From: Thermoanaerobaculia bacterium
GTDB taxonomy: Bacteria > Acidobacteriota > Thermoanaerobaculia > Multivoradales > SZUA-115
Reading direction: 5' to 3'
Length of the DNA: 64,000 nucleotides
Assembly: GCA_046331405.1 (NCBI GenBank)
Contig: JAXLQX010000001.1
Span: 576,471-640,470, forward strand
The translations under genes and the position numbers were made by a program. Positions 23,376-33,467 of the stretch are shown piece after piece (position 1 is the first letter of the stretch; each line of letters begins with the position of its first letter). Below the pieces are notes generated by a model, which searched no databases, was not told the DNA's origin, and saw nothing but the letters and a program-made list of their open reading frames with translations.

Positions 23376-23425
23376 GCGAGGGGCATTGTAGCAGCGAGAA
23401 ACCGGGAGCTGTCTAGTCCTCGCGG

Positions 23426-24046
23426 TTGCCGGCACTTCGCCGTTTATACTCTCAGCTGATGCCCGCCCTGCTCGAGGAGCTTCCGCTCGCCGCCACAGCT
23501 GAGCTGGGCCCGTTCCGGCGCCGCGACTACCTGGCCTTGCCGGACGAGCCCCGCTGCGAGCTCCTCTATGGGAGCCTGTACGTGAGCCCAAGCCCGTCTT
23601 CTTTGCATCAAGTGGTCGTTACCTTGCTCTGGGATGCTCTGAACCGAACCACCGAGTCATCGCGCGGCTTGGCCCTCGTCGCGCCGCTCGACGTCGCCCT
23701 CTCGGACCACTCGGTGGTGCAGCCGGACGTGATCTACGTCTCCCGGGAGAGGCGGAGCATCGTGGGGGAGCGCATCGAGGGCGCGCCGGATCTGTTGGTA
23801 GAGGTGCGTTCTCCCGGCACTGCCCGACGGGACCGCGTGCAGAAGCTCAAGCTCTACGCCGAGAGCGGAGTGGCCGAATACTGGATCGTCGATCCGGAAG
23901 AGAAGGAGATCGACTTCCTGGTCAACGAGGCCGGCCGCTTCGTGGTGGTGATCCCCGACGGCGAGGTCTACCGTTCGGCAGTCCTCGCCGGAGTGGAGCT
24001 CGACATCCCCGCCTTCTGGAATCGAGTCGCCCTGAAGCTCAGCTAG
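23426..24046 (+). CDS. Uma2-family (DUF820) putative restriction endonuclease
   Basis: PDLLVEVRSPGTARRDRVQKLKLYAESGVAEYWIVDPE matches the Uma2 PD-(D/E)xK core. Confidence 0.65.
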   Translation: MPALRRLYSQLMPALLEELPLAATAELGPFRRRDYLALPDEPRCELLYGSLYVSPSPSSLHQVVVTLLWDALNRTTESSRGLALVAPLDVALSDHSVVQPDVIYVSRERRSIVGERIEGAPDLLVEVRSPGTARRDRVQKLKLYAESGVAEYWIVDPEEKEIDFLVNEAGRFVVVIPDGEVYRSAVLAGVELDIPAFWNRVALKLS

Positions 24047-24483
24047 CTGCCGGTCGGACCGGGCGCCGGAGCCGGAGTGGCCGGGACGCTCTGGGCCGGC
24101 TGGCTCGCGGGCGGCTGAGTGGCCGGGGCGGCGCCGCCGGGCGCCGGCGCCGTGGTGGCTCCGGCAGGGGGCGTAGTGGCAGGCGCCGCGGCGGCCGGAG
24201 CCTTGGCCGTCTTGGCGGGCACACCGCCCATCACCGAGGTGCCGTGCCGGCGGCCTTCGATCACTGCCATCGAGATGGTGGTCAGCGTGAAGACGACGAA
24301 GCCGGCCACGGTCAGTTTGTGGAAGAGGGTGGCGGCGCCGCGGGCTCCGAAGGCGGCCTGGGTGCTGCCACCGCCGAAGACTGCGAGGTCCGCGCCCTTG
24401 CCCTGCTGCAGCAGCACCACCAGGATGAGGAACACCGCGACCACCACGTGCAGAAGGGTCACCAGTACGGAGAGGATCGTCAT
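24043..24483 (-). CDS. secG: Preprotein translocase subunit SecG with an Ala/Pro-rich C-terminal tail
   Basis: MTILSVLVTLLHVVVAVFLILVVLLQQGKGADLAVFGGG matches the conserved SecG N-terminus. Located upstream of tpiA, as in many bacteria. Confidence 0.75.
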   Translation of the reverse strand: MTILSVLVTLLHVVVAVFLILVVLLQQGKGADLAVFGGGSTQAAFGARGAATLFHKLTVAGFVVFTLTTISMAVIEGRRHGTSVMGGVPAKTAKAPAAAAPATTPPAGATTAPAPGGAAPATQPPASQPAQSVPATPAPAPGPTGS

Positions 24484-24513
24484 ACCAAAGTCTCCAGAAG
24501 CGGGGCCGCCGAA

Positions 24514-25290
24514 CTAGGACCGACCCCGGTAAGCCTGAGCGGCCCCGTGGATGATAGCCAGGAATTTCTTCGGGTCAAGGCTCGCCCCTCCGACCAGGAA
24601 GCCGTCGACGTCCTGAGCGGCCGCGAGCGCCGCGGCGTTTTCGGGCGAAACCGAGCCACCGTAGAGCAGCGGCACCATGTGCGCCTCCTCCGTGCCGAGC
24701 ACTCCGCCCAGCAGCTGGCGCAGGAAAACGTGCGCCTCGCGAGCAGTCTCCGGGGTAGCGGTCTCGCCCGTGCCGATCGCCCACACTGGCTCGTAGGCGA
24801 GAGCGAGCTCGCCGAGATCCCCGCCGAGAGCCGAGAGCAGCTGGCGCTCGAGGACCTCGAGGGTCTTGCCGGTCTGGCGTTCTTCGCGGGTCTCGCCGAG
24901 GCAGAGGATCGGAGTCAAGCCGTTGACCATGGCGGCTTCGAGCTTGGCCGCCACCAAGGCGTCGCTCTCGCCGTGGTCGCGCCGGCGCTCGCTGTGACCC
25001 ACCAGCACCCAGGTGCAGCCGGCGTCGATCAGCTGCAGAGCCGAGACGTCGCCGGTGTGGGCGCCGCGAGCGGCGGGGTGGAGGTCCTGGCCGCCGAGGC
25101 CGATGCCGCTATCGTCCAGAGCGGCGGCGACGTCCGGCAGCAGGGGGAACGAAGGAAACAACACCGCCGTGGCGAGCTCCGGGTCGAAGCCGGCGCGGAA
25201 CTCCCGGCAGTAGGCCTCGGCCTCGCGCCGGAGCAGGTGCATTTTCCAGTTGGCCGCCACCAGGGGCAGGCGCTCGGCGATCAGGCTCAC
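24514..25290 (-). CDS. tpiA: Triosephosphate isomerase
   Basis: VAANWKMH, LVGHSERR, AYEPVWAIGTG and LYGGSV motifs. Confidence 0.9.
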   Translation of the reverse strand: MSLIAERLPLVAANWKMHLLRREAEAYCREFRAGFDPELATAVLFPSFPLLPDVAAALDDSGIGLGGQDLHPAARGAHTGDVSALQLIDAGCTWVLVGHSERRRDHGESDALVAAKLEAAMVNGLTPILCLGETREERQTGKTLEVLERQLLSALGGDLGELALAYEPVWAIGTGETATPETAREAHVFLRQLLGGVLGTEEAHMVPLLYGGSVSPENAAALAAAQDVDGFLVGGASLDPKKFLAIIHGAAQAYRGRS

Positions 25291-26483
25291 GGCGCCTCCA
25301 GCGCAGCCACGCCTGGCAGCACCCGCCCGGCGAGGAACTCGAGCGAGGCACCGCCGCCGGTCGAGACGTGCGAAACCTGCTCGGCCACTCCCGCCCGGTG
25401 GGCCGCCGCCACGGTCTCGCCGCCGCCCAGGACGGTGAAGCCCTGGCAGCCGGCGAGCGCCTGCGCCACGGCGCTGGTGCCGGCGTCGAAGGGCGGCTTC
25501 TCGAAGACGCCCAAGGGGCCGTTCCAGAACAGGGTGCGGGACGTGGCGATCGCCGCGGCGAAGGCGCGGCGGGTTTCAGGCCCCACATCCACGGCCAGGC
25601 AGCCGGCGGGCACGGCGTCCGCAGCGACCGTCTCGATGCGCTGGGGAGTCTCCAGGTCGTCCGTCACCACCAGGTCGGTAGGCAGCAGCACCTCGACGCC
25701 CCGCTCCGCCGCCTGCTCGAGGATGCTGCGGGCGAGCTCCAGGCGCTCGGTCTCCACCAGCGAGCGCTGCAGGTCCTTGCCCTGGGCGGCGAGGAAGGTG
25801 TTGGCCATGCCGCCGCCCACCATCAGGCGGTCGAGGCGGGGCAGGAGGTTGCTCAGGGTGTCGATCTTGCCCTCGATCTTGGCACCGCCCAGAAGCGCGG
25901 CGAAGGGCCGCTCCGGGCTGCCAAGCAGGCGAGAGAGCGCCGTGACCTCCTTCACCAGGAGGCGGCCGGCCGCCCGTCGGGGCAGCAGTGCGGCGGCGCC
26001 CACGGTGGAGGCATGAGCCCGGTGCGCGGCGCCGAAGGCGTCGTCCACATAGGCCTCGCCGAGGCGCGCGAGCTCTCCGGCGAAGGCCGCATCGTTGGCT
26101 TCTTCGCCGGGGTGGAAACGCAGGTTCTCGAGCAGGCAGAGCCCCCCGGGCTTGAGCGCCGCCACCGCACTTGCGGCCGGCTCGCCTACGCAGTCGGCCG
26201 CGAAAGCCACCGGCTTGCCGATGAGCTCGGCCAGGCGGTCCGCGGCCGGTTTCAGGCTGTACTTGGGATTCGGCTGGCCCTTGGGGCGGCCCTGGTGGGC
26301 CACGAGCACCACTCGGGCGCCGGCAGCGGCGAGCTCGGAGAGGGTGGGCAGAACCTCGGTCAGGCGGGTGTCGTCCATCACCTTGCCGTCGGCGATGGGC
26401 ACGTTGAAGTCCACCCGGGTGAGGACCCTCACGCCGTGGAGCTGGGCGAGGTCGAGGTCCTCGAGGGTCAGAAGGCGGCTCAT
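25287..26483 (-). CDS. pgk: Phosphoglycerate kinase
   Basis: Start re-placed at MSRLLTLEDLDL (rc ATG 26481-26483). VRVDFNVP-type N-terminus (TRVDFNVPIADGKV) and the GGGA...L ATP loop. ATGA overlap with the gap stop. Confidence 0.9.
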   Translation of the reverse strand: MSRLLTLEDLDLAQLHGVRVLTRVDFNVPIADGKVMDDTRLTEVLPTLSELAAAGARVVLVAHQGRPKGQPNPKYSLKPAADRLAELIGKPVAFAADCVGEPAASAVAALKPGGLCLLENLRFHPGEEANDAAFAGELARLGEAYVDDAFGAAHRAHASTVGAAALLPRRAAGRLLVKEVTALSRLLGSPERPFAALLGGAKIEGKIDTLSNLLPRLDRLMVGGGMANTFLAAQGKDLQRSLVETERLELARSILEQAAERGVEVLLPTDLVVTDDLETPQRIETVAADAVPAGCLAVDVGPETRRAFAAAIATSRTLFWNGPLGVFEKPPFDAGTSAVAQALAGCQGFTVLGGGETVAAAHRAGVAEQVSHVSTGGGASLEFLAGRVLPGVAALEAP

Positions 26484-27496
26484 GCGTCGTCTCTCCTGCG
26501 GCCGAGATAGGCCAGAAGGTCGGCCAGTCGGTTGGCGTAGCCCCACTCGTTGTCGTACCACGCCACCACCCGGAACAGCCGGCGATCCACTACCGTGAGG
26601 AGAGGCAAGTCTACCGTGGCCGAGTGCGGATCGCCGATGAAGTCGGAAGAAACCAGCTCTTCGTCGGTGGTGGCGAGGATCCCGGCGAGCTCCCCTCGGG
26701 CCGCCTCGCGAAAGGCCGCGGCAAGCTCCTCAAGCGGGGCTTCGCGGCGCAGTCGAACCGTGAGATCGATCAACGAGCCGTCCGGCACGGGCACGCGATA
26801 GGCGATGCCGCCGATGCGGCCGGCGAGCTCCGGCATCACCTCGCCGATCGCTTCCACGGCGTCGCTCGTGGTGGGCACGATGTTCATCGCCGCGGCCCGG
26901 GCCCGGCGTGGGTCGGGGTGGGAGAAGTCCATCAGCCGCTGGCTGTTGGTGTAGCAGTGCACCGTCGACATCAGGCCGTGCTCGATGCCGAAGCGCCGCT
27001 CCAGCACGGCAGCGACCGGTGCCAGGCAGTTGGTGGTGCAGGAGGCGTTCGAGATGACCGCGTGGCGGGCCGGGTCGTAGCGATGGTGGTTGATGCCCAC
27101 ACAGAAGGTGGCGTCCACCCCGGGAGCCGCTGCCGAGACCAAGACCTTCTCCACCGGCCCGCCCAGATGAGCCGCGGCCTCGGCCCGGCTCCGGAACTGT
27201 CCCGTGGACTCCACCACCAGCCACGGCTCGCTCTCGCGCCAGGGGATCTCGGCCGGCCGGGAGGCTCGGGAGAGCGGCACCCGCCGGCCGTCGAGCACCA
27301 GCGCGTCCGCTTCAGCCGAGACGCTGCCCGGGAAGCGGCCATGCAACGTGTCGTGGGCGAGCAGGCGGGCGAGCACCGGGGCGTCGGCCTGGTCGTTCAC
27401 CGCCACCAGCTCGAGTTCGGGCCGCTCCCGGGCGATCCGCACCAGGGCGCGGCCGATGCGCCCGAGGCCATTGATGGCGAAACGCACAGGGTTCAT
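26480..27496 (-). CDS. gap: Glyceraldehyde-3-phosphate dehydrogenase
   Basis: Start re-placed at MNPVRFAINGLGRIGR (rc ATG 27494-27496). Catalytic ASCTTNCLAP motif. Confidence 0.9.
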   Translation of the reverse strand: MNPVRFAINGLGRIGRALVRIARERPELELVAVNDQADAPVLARLLAHDTLHGRFPGSVSAEADALVLDGRRVPLSRASRPAEIPWRESEPWLVVESTGQFRSRAEAAAHLGGPVEKVLVSAAAPGVDATFCVGINHHRYDPARHAVISNASCTTNCLAPVAAVLERRFGIEHGLMSTVHCYTNSQRLMDFSHPDPRRARAAAMNIVPTTSDAVEAIGEVMPELAGRIGGIAYRVPVPDGSLIDLTVRLRREAPLEELAAAFREAARGELAGILATTDEELVSSDFIGDPHSATVDLPLLTVVDRRLFRVVAWYDNEWGYANRLADLLAYLGRRRDDA

Positions 27497-27616
27497 GAAG
27501 GAGGCGGGCCTCCAACCAGCAGGGCCGGGTTGGGTTTGGGGGCCCGGGAGGTTCGCGAGATCCTCCCCGGGGCCGTCGACAAAGTTCAAAGTGTAGCAGC
27601 AACGGTGGCTGCGGGC

Positions 27617-29557
27617 TCAGTGGCTGACCACCGGCAGCCGCTCGCTCTGTCGCTCGGGTCGGGCTGTCGCCCCGACGACGAGTGGAGGTTCCTTGCTGAG
27701 CCACTCCAGGGGCTCGATCACCACGCTGACGAAGCGGTCGTCCTCGCGGAACACGAAGCCCAGGCCGTCGAGCTCCTCGAGCGCCGACTGCACGCGGGTG
27801 GCCTCCTCGCCGAGGCGCTCGGCGATCGAGTCCACCCCCGAGGCCCGCAAGCAGAGATCCTGCAGAATCCGCTGCTGCACGGGGTCGAGCCGGACGTCGC
27901 GCGGGGCTGCTTCGCGGCGATCGAGGACCACCGCGTGGCCGTCCCGGACTTCGAGCCACAACGCCGCGCGAGCGGTGCCATCACGCCCCGAGAAACGAGA
28001 GGTCCAGCGCTGCACCTCGGCGACCAGCTTCTGCTGCCAGCTCGCCAGCTGCACCAGGTAGCGAGCGCTGTAGTTCTGATCCTGGAAGTAATAGGCCATT
28101 CCGGCCAGGACCTCGGGCGGGAACGGATAGATCGAGCCGTAGAACTCGTAGGGCTCGAGCTCGAGGCTGTAGTCCGCGGCGCGAACGAAATACGGGCTGT
28201 AGCGATCGAAGCGCACCGGAAAAGCGCCACCCGGCGGCGGCAGGTGCACCAGCCGAGGAATGTCGGCCAGGTACTTCTCATAAACCGCTTCACTCTCGCC
28301 GGGAAATCCGATCAGCAGGTTCCAGGCGGGCCGGATGCCGAAGCGCAGGGCATTCTTCAGGAAGACCACGTTCTGGAAGGAGGTGGTGCCCTTGCGCATC
28401 AGCTTGAGTGTGGACGTGTTCAGCGCCTCGATTCCCGGCTGGATCTCTCGCACGCCACCGGCCGAAAGGATTTCCATTTCCTTCGGTTTGAGGTCGGCCT
28501 TGACTTCATAGAAGATGGTGGCATCCGGCGGCGGCGAGAGCTTCGGGAAGACTTCTCGCAGGTACTCTCGAGGCAGGATGTTGTCCACGGACTCGAAGCG
28601 GTGGCAGCGGTCGCCGTAGCGCTCGAACAAGCTCTCGAGGAGGTTCAGAGCATCCCCCGAGGGCAGCGAGCGATAGGCCATGGTGCCGCCGTTCAGGCCG
28701 CAGAAAGTGCAATGGGAGCGCTCCCCCCACCAGCAGCCGCGAGAAGTTTCGAAGGTGAGGCTGGGTTCGAGCTTGCCGCCGGGAAAGTTGCGGGCGAGAT
28801 CGTCGAGGAAACTGTCGTAGTCGAGCGGAACCGCCACCTGGATGGGCAGCTCCTCTCCTAGCGCCGACTCGGCATCGAAGGAGCTGGCGTTTTCGGCCGT
28901 GAGCAGGCCCCGAATCGAATGGGTTGCGGCGCGATCGCCTTGCATCAGGCACTCGATCAACTTGGGCAAGGAGACCAGGGCGGGTCCTGAAGCGATGTAG
29001 TCCAGAGCCGGTACGCTCTTGGCGAGGAAGCGGCCCATCGGCGCCTCGCAATTGGCCCCGCCCATGATCGTGATCACCTGGGGATTCCGTGCCTTGACCA
29101 TGCGCGCGAGCGCGATGCTGGCGACGTTCTGGGCGAACATGGAGGTCAATCCGATCAGGTTTTCCTGATCGAGCTGATAGGACTGGATGGTCTGCTCCAT
29201 GAAGCGTTTCAAGCCGGTCCGCTTGGCGAGGACGAAACCCTTGAGCGCCTCTCCTGCCGGGTCGAGGCGAGGGAAGTAGCGGGGGAAGTAGTCGCGAGCG
29301 TTGTCCTCGAGGTCCGGGAAGGCGAGCTGACGGAAGATCCAATCACCGAGCCCCGAGTTGCTGGCCTGCAGCGCTCCCGCGATGACGTTGTAGGTGGAGA
29401 GGCCGAAGTACTTGCCGAAGTCCTGGTTCAAGTAGAGGATTCGGACGCGGACTTCCTCGCCCCAGCGCTGCTTCACGATCTCTCGGAGCTGGGTCAGCGC
29501 GATCGACGGCAGCGCCAGGTTGGCGAAGGGCATGTTGATCAGAGTGATCTTGTACAT
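27617..29557 (-). CDS. B12-binding-like / radical SAM-like protein (~646 aa) with atypical Cys spacing
   Basis: Start at MYKITLINMPFANLALP (rc ATG 29555-29557, RBS GGAGGGGAAAGGAG). The cluster region reads SRGCWWGERSHCTFCGLNGG, i.e. Cx7Cx2C rather than Cx3Cx2C. Long C-terminal extension. Confidence 0.55.
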   Translation of the reverse strand: MYKITLINMPFANLALPSIALTQLREIVKQRWGEEVRVRILYLNQDFGKYFGLSTYNVIAGALQASNSGLGDWIFRQLAFPDLEDNARDYFPRYFPRLDPAGEALKGFVLAKRTGLKRFMEQTIQSYQLDQENLIGLTSMFAQNVASIALARMVKARNPQVITIMGGANCEAPMGRFLAKSVPALDYIASGPALVSLPKLIECLMQGDRAATHSIRGLLTAENASSFDAESALGEELPIQVAVPLDYDSFLDDLARNFPGGKLEPSLTFETSRGCWWGERSHCTFCGLNGGTMAYRSLPSGDALNLLESLFERYGDRCHRFESVDNILPREYLREVFPKLSPPPDATIFYEVKADLKPKEMEILSAGGVREIQPGIEALNTSTLKLMRKGTTSFQNVVFLKNALRFGIRPAWNLLIGFPGESEAVYEKYLADIPRLVHLPPPGGAFPVRFDRYSPYFVRAADYSLELEPYEFYGSIYPFPPEVLAGMAYYFQDQNYSARYLVQLASWQQKLVAEVQRWTSRFSGRDGTARAALWLEVRDGHAVVLDRREAAPRDVRLDPVQQRILQDLCLRASGVDSIAERLGEEATRVQSALEELDGLGFVFREDDRFVSVVIEPLEWLSKEPPLVVGATARPERQSERLPVVSH

Positions 29558-29900
29558 GTCGGCTCCTTTCCCCTCCTGTGCTCGGAAGGCCGGTCCCGTT
29601 TCGAGCCTCCCTGAGATTCTCTCGACTTCGCCGTCGGAGAGCACCCGATCGGCTCTCCAGGTGGGAGAAGTCCTCCACGGCGGGAACCTCGGCCGGCCGC
29701 TGTGCCGGCGCAGAACTCTCTCACTCAGCGAGCCACTGTGACTCCTAAATGCAGCCGAGGAGATTTGCGGGACAAGGAACGGACCGGGCGATTCGAGCGA
29801 AGGCCGCCGTGAAATCTCGCATTAATCAGGAAGGTCTTTAGTTTGGCGAGCGCGCCAGGGTTCGAGTTGCCCCTTCGTTTCGTGAGCTATACTTTGGACA

Positions 29901-32393
29901 GTGCGAAAGTCGACATCTTCCTCGGTGAGCCCGGCCGCTGATGCTGCCCTCCCGGAGCGTGAGCTCGCCCTCGGGAGGAGCCTCGAGAGCGCGTACCAGG
30001 ACCTTCGCCTGGCTCTCCGCAACCTGCTGAAGAATCGCGCGTTCTCGCTGGTAGCACTGTCGGCGCTGGCGATCGGAATCGGCTCGAACAGCGCGATTTT
30101 CAGCTTGCTCAACGGCGTCCTGCTTCGACCTTATCCTTACGCCCAGCCCGAGCAGCTGGTGATGATCCTCGGTACCCGCCCGAGCTCCGGAGTGGCCCAG
30201 GCTCCGATCTCCTATCCGGACTATCTCGACTATCGCCAGCAAGCGCGTGGCTTTGCGGAGCTGGCGATCTTCGAGGAGCGCGACTTCAACCTGGCGACCG
30301 AAGACGGTGCGATTCAGCTGCGCGGGGCGGCGGCCTCGGCCAACCTGCAGCGCCTGACCGGCGTCAGGATGCTCCTGGGGCGGGATTTCCTGGCCGAGGA
30401 CGACCTGCCCGGCCGGCAAGGAGTGGTGCTCCTCGGCGAGGGGCTCTGGCGGGGCCAGTTCGGTGCCGATCCGGGCATTCTCGGGCGTACGATCACACTC
30501 GACCAGAAGCCTTTCAGCGTGGTGGGAGTGCTGCCCGCCGGCCAGGAGTTCCCGGACGAGGCCCGGCTGGTGGTGCCCCTGGCCCTCGATCCGGCCGGGC
30601 TCCCGCGCGATCGGCGCGCCTACCAGATGGTCGGCCGGCTCAAGCCGGGGACCACGCTGGAAGAAGCGCAGACGGACCTCAACGCCATCTCCCGCCGGAT
30701 CGAGCAAGAACACCGGGACACCAACGAAGGTTGGTCGACCCGCCTGCTCTCGCTGCGGGAGAGCCGCACCGGGCGGATCAAGGTGACGCTCTGGATCCTC
30801 ACCGGCGTGGTGGGCTTCGTACTGCTGATCGCCTGCGCCAACGTGGCCAACCTGCTGCTGTCCAGAGCCAGCCGGCGGCGCCGGGAGGTGGCGATCCGCT
30901 CCTCGCTGGGCGCGACTCGCAGCCGAGTGGTGCGACAGCTGCTCACGGAGAGCCTGCTGCTCGCCCTGATCGCGAGCGGAATCGGTCTCTTGCTGGCCTA
31001 TCTGGGCCTCCGCCTGTTGGTGGGCTCCCTGCCGTTCGCGCTACCGCCCTACCTGAGCTTCGGGCTCGATCTCCGGGTGCTGGCCTTCACCCTGGGAGCC
31101 TCGGTGCTGACCGCGCTGCTCTTCGGCCTCGCTCCGGCCCTGCAAACCTCGAGGGTGAGGCTCACCGACGTGCTCAACGAGTCCTCCTTGAGGGGAGGAT
31201 TCAGCCGTCGCCAGGTGCGGTTGACCAGCCTCCTGGTGATCGTCGAGATCGCGCTCACCATTCTCTTGATGATCGGTGCCGGGTTGATGATCCGGAGCTT
31301 CATCGGCCTCCAGATGCGGAACTTCGGCTTCCAGACGGCCGGTGTGATGACGGCGCGGGTCACCCTGCCGGAGGCGAGGTACGGCACGGTCGAGTCGCGC
31401 ACCGCCCTGTTCCGCGAGGTGCTCGAGCTGCTCTCGAGCCAGCCTGGCACGGCGGCGGTCGCCGCTGTCTCGGAGCTCCCCTTGCAGTCGGTGAGCCGCA
31501 CGACCTTCACCCTCCGCGACCAGGGGCAGGTGGAACAATCCCGCAACCCCTATCTGGACTACCAGATCTGCACTCCAGGCCTGTTCGCCGCACTGGGCGT
31601 GCCACTGCTCTCGGGGCGGGTCTTCGAGGGCGAGGAAGTGTGGAAGGACGAGGGCAAGGTGGTGCTGATCAACCAGGCCATGGCTCAGCAGTACTGGCCT
31701 GGCCGGGACCCGATCGGCGAGAGGATCGGCCTGGGCGGCTTCGGCAACGAAGACTGGCGCACCGTGGTAGGCGTGGTGGGTAACCTCAGCCGCGACCTGG
31801 TGAGCTCCGCACCTCAGCCCGAGATCTTCCTACCGTACGGCAAGGAGCCCCGGCGGCGCATGTCGTTGCTCCTGCGCAGCTCGGCCCAGAGCCAGAGCGG
31901 CGCCCTCGCGCTGCGGCGGGGGCTGGCAGCGTCGGACGCCAACTTGCCCCTGAGCGAGCTCGCGAGCCTCGGGCAGGTGGTGGGCAACCGCATCTGGTAC
32001 CAGCAGGTCGCCACCCTGGTGATCAGCTTCTTCGCCTTCGCGGCCCTCTTCCTGGCAGCTCTGGGCACGCACAGCATGCTCTCCTACTCGGTGGCCCAGC
32101 GGGTTCATGAGATCGGCGTCCGGCTGGCCCTCGGGGCCGACAACCGGCAGGTGATCCGGGGCATCCTCGGCTGGGCCATGGCCCTGGTGGGAATCGGCCT
32201 GGGCACCGGGTTGCTGGCGGCGATCGCGGTGACCCGCGTGATGCGCAGCCAGCTGATCGAGGTGAGCACGGCCGATCCCTGGACCTTCCTCGCCGTCAGC
32301 GCGCTGGTGGCGGTCGTGGCGGTGCTGGCCGCCTACCTGCCGGCGCGCAAGGCCACCCGGGTGGAGCCCGTGGTGGCGCTGCGAGCCCCCTGA
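29901..32393 (+). CDS. ABC-type efflux permease with duplicated FtsX domains (MacB/ADOP-like)
   Basis: N-terminus QDLRLALRNLLKNRAFSLVALSALAIGIGSNSAIFSLLNGVLLRPYPY. Large periplasmic domain. A second FtsX 4-TM block near the C-terminus. 830 aa. Confidence 0.75.
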   Translation: MRKSTSSSVSPAADAALPERELALGRSLESAYQDLRLALRNLLKNRAFSLVALSALAIGIGSNSAIFSLLNGVLLRPYPYAQPEQLVMILGTRPSSGVAQAPISYPDYLDYRQQARGFAELAIFEERDFNLATEDGAIQLRGAAASANLQRLTGVRMLLGRDFLAEDDLPGRQGVVLLGEGLWRGQFGADPGILGRTITLDQKPFSVVGVLPAGQEFPDEARLVVPLALDPAGLPRDRRAYQMVGRLKPGTTLEEAQTDLNAISRRIEQEHRDTNEGWSTRLLSLRESRTGRIKVTLWILTGVVGFVLLIACANVANLLLSRASRRRREVAIRSSLGATRSRVVRQLLTESLLLALIASGIGLLLAYLGLRLLVGSLPFALPPYLSFGLDLRVLAFTLGASVLTALLFGLAPALQTSRVRLTDVLNESSLRGGFSRRQVRLTSLLVIVEIALTILLMIGAGLMIRSFIGLQMRNFGFQTAGVMTARVTLPEARYGTVESRTALFREVLELLSSQPGTAAVAAVSELPLQSVSRTTFTLRDQGQVEQSRNPYLDYQICTPGLFAALGVPLLSGRVFEGEEVWKDEGKVVLINQAMAQQYWPGRDPIGERIGLGGFGNEDWRTVVGVVGNLSRDLVSSAPQPEIFLPYGKEPRRRMSLLLRSSAQSQSGALALRRGLAASDANLPLSELASLGQVVGNRIWYQQVATLVISFFAFAALFLAALGTHSMLSYSVAQRVHEIGVRLALGADNRQVIRGILGWAMALVGIGLGTGLLAAIAVTRVMRSQLIEVSTADPWTFLAVSALVAVVAVLAAYLPARKATRVEPVVALRAP

Positions 32394-32434
32394 GCTGGGC
32401 TCTTGGGGATGAAGGCAGAAGGGCGCGAGCGAGC

Positions 32435-33448
32435 GTGAGAGTCCTCGGTGCGAAGGACGTGGCGGCCTTGCTCAGGGGCCAGGAAGAGGCGGTCCTCGCG
32501 GCCGTGGAGCTTGCCTACCGGCGCCACGAAGAGGGCGCAACGGTGTTGCCGCATTCCGTTTTCGTGCGCCCTCCCGGCCAGAGCCTGAACCGCATCATCG
32601 CCCTCCCGGCCTGGGTCGGCGGAGAGCTCGGGATGGCCGGGATCAAGTGGATCTCGTCCTTCCCCGGCAATGTCGAGCGGGGCTTCAATCGTGCCTCGGC
32701 GGTGATCGTGCTCACCAGCACCGAGACAGGCCTGCCTCTCGCCCTGCTCGAGGGCTCGCTCGTCAGTGCCCATCGAACGGCGGCGAGCGCCGCGGCAGCC
32801 GCTCGGCTGCTCCATGCCCGGCGGCAGGTCGACCGCCTGGCGCTGGTCGGGGGTGGGGCGATCCAGCTCGAGATCCTGCGCTACTTGCGCCACGGCTTCC
32901 GCCTCGACGGCGAAGTGGTGCTCTTCGACAACGGCCCGGAAGGCGGGGCCCGCTTCGCGGCAGTGGTAGAACGGCTCTTCGGCTTGAGGGTCGGCCTGGC
33001 GAGCTCGGCCGCTCAGGCGCTCGCGGGGGCCGACGTGCTCAGCCTCGCCACCACCGCGGCCAAACCCCATCTCGACTCCCTCGAACGCCTCCGGCCGGGT
33101 GCCACGGTGCTCCATGTTTCGCTGCGCGACCTCGCTCCCGAGGTGATCCTCGGCAGCGACAACGTGGTCGATGATCGCGACCACGTGCTGCGGGCGGAGA
33201 CCTCGCTCCACCTCGCGGAGCAAGCGGTGGGGAATCGAGCCTTCATCCGCGCCAGCCTGGGCGAGTTGCTCCTGGGCCGGCAGCCGGTGCGACCCGAGCC
33301 CGAACGCCTCACCGTCTTCAGTCCCTTCGGCCTCGGAGTGCTCGATCTGGCCGTGGCGGACTGGGTCTACCGCTGCGCCGAGCAGGCAGGCCTCGGCCGC
33401 ACGGTGGAGGACTTCCAGCCCCGCCCCTGGTGGGAGGTCGAAGCCTGA
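32435..33448 (+). CDS. Ornithine cyclodeaminase/mu-crystallin family NAD-dependent enzyme (SbnB-like)
   Basis: OCD-family fold: Rossmann LALVGGGAIQ. Located next to a SbnA-like PLP enzyme gene. Confidence 0.6.
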   Translation: MRVLGAKDVAALLRGQEEAVLAAVELAYRRHEEGATVLPHSVFVRPPGQSLNRIIALPAWVGGELGMAGIKWISSFPGNVERGFNRASAVIVLTSTETGLPLALLEGSLVSAHRTAASAAAAARLLHARRQVDRLALVGGGAIQLEILRYLRHGFRLDGEVVLFDNGPEGGARFAAVVERLFGLRVGLASSAAQALAGADVLSLATTAAKPHLDSLERLRPGATVLHVSLRDLAPEVILGSDNVVDDRDHVLRAETSLHLAEQAVGNRAFIRASLGELLLGRQPVRPEPERLTVFSPFGLGVLDLAVADWVYRCAEQAGLGRTVEDFQPRPWWEVEA

Positions 33449-33467
33449 GGCCTTAGGGCGCGGTCGA

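Noticed and set aside
29558-29900. Small ORFs upstream of the Cx7Cx2C rSAM gene (25-30 aa candidates, e.g. MRDFTAAFARIARSVPCPANLLGCI), screened as possible RiPP precursors.
   Set aside because: No RBS, no leader/core features, and some overlap the rSAM start. Insufficient evidence.
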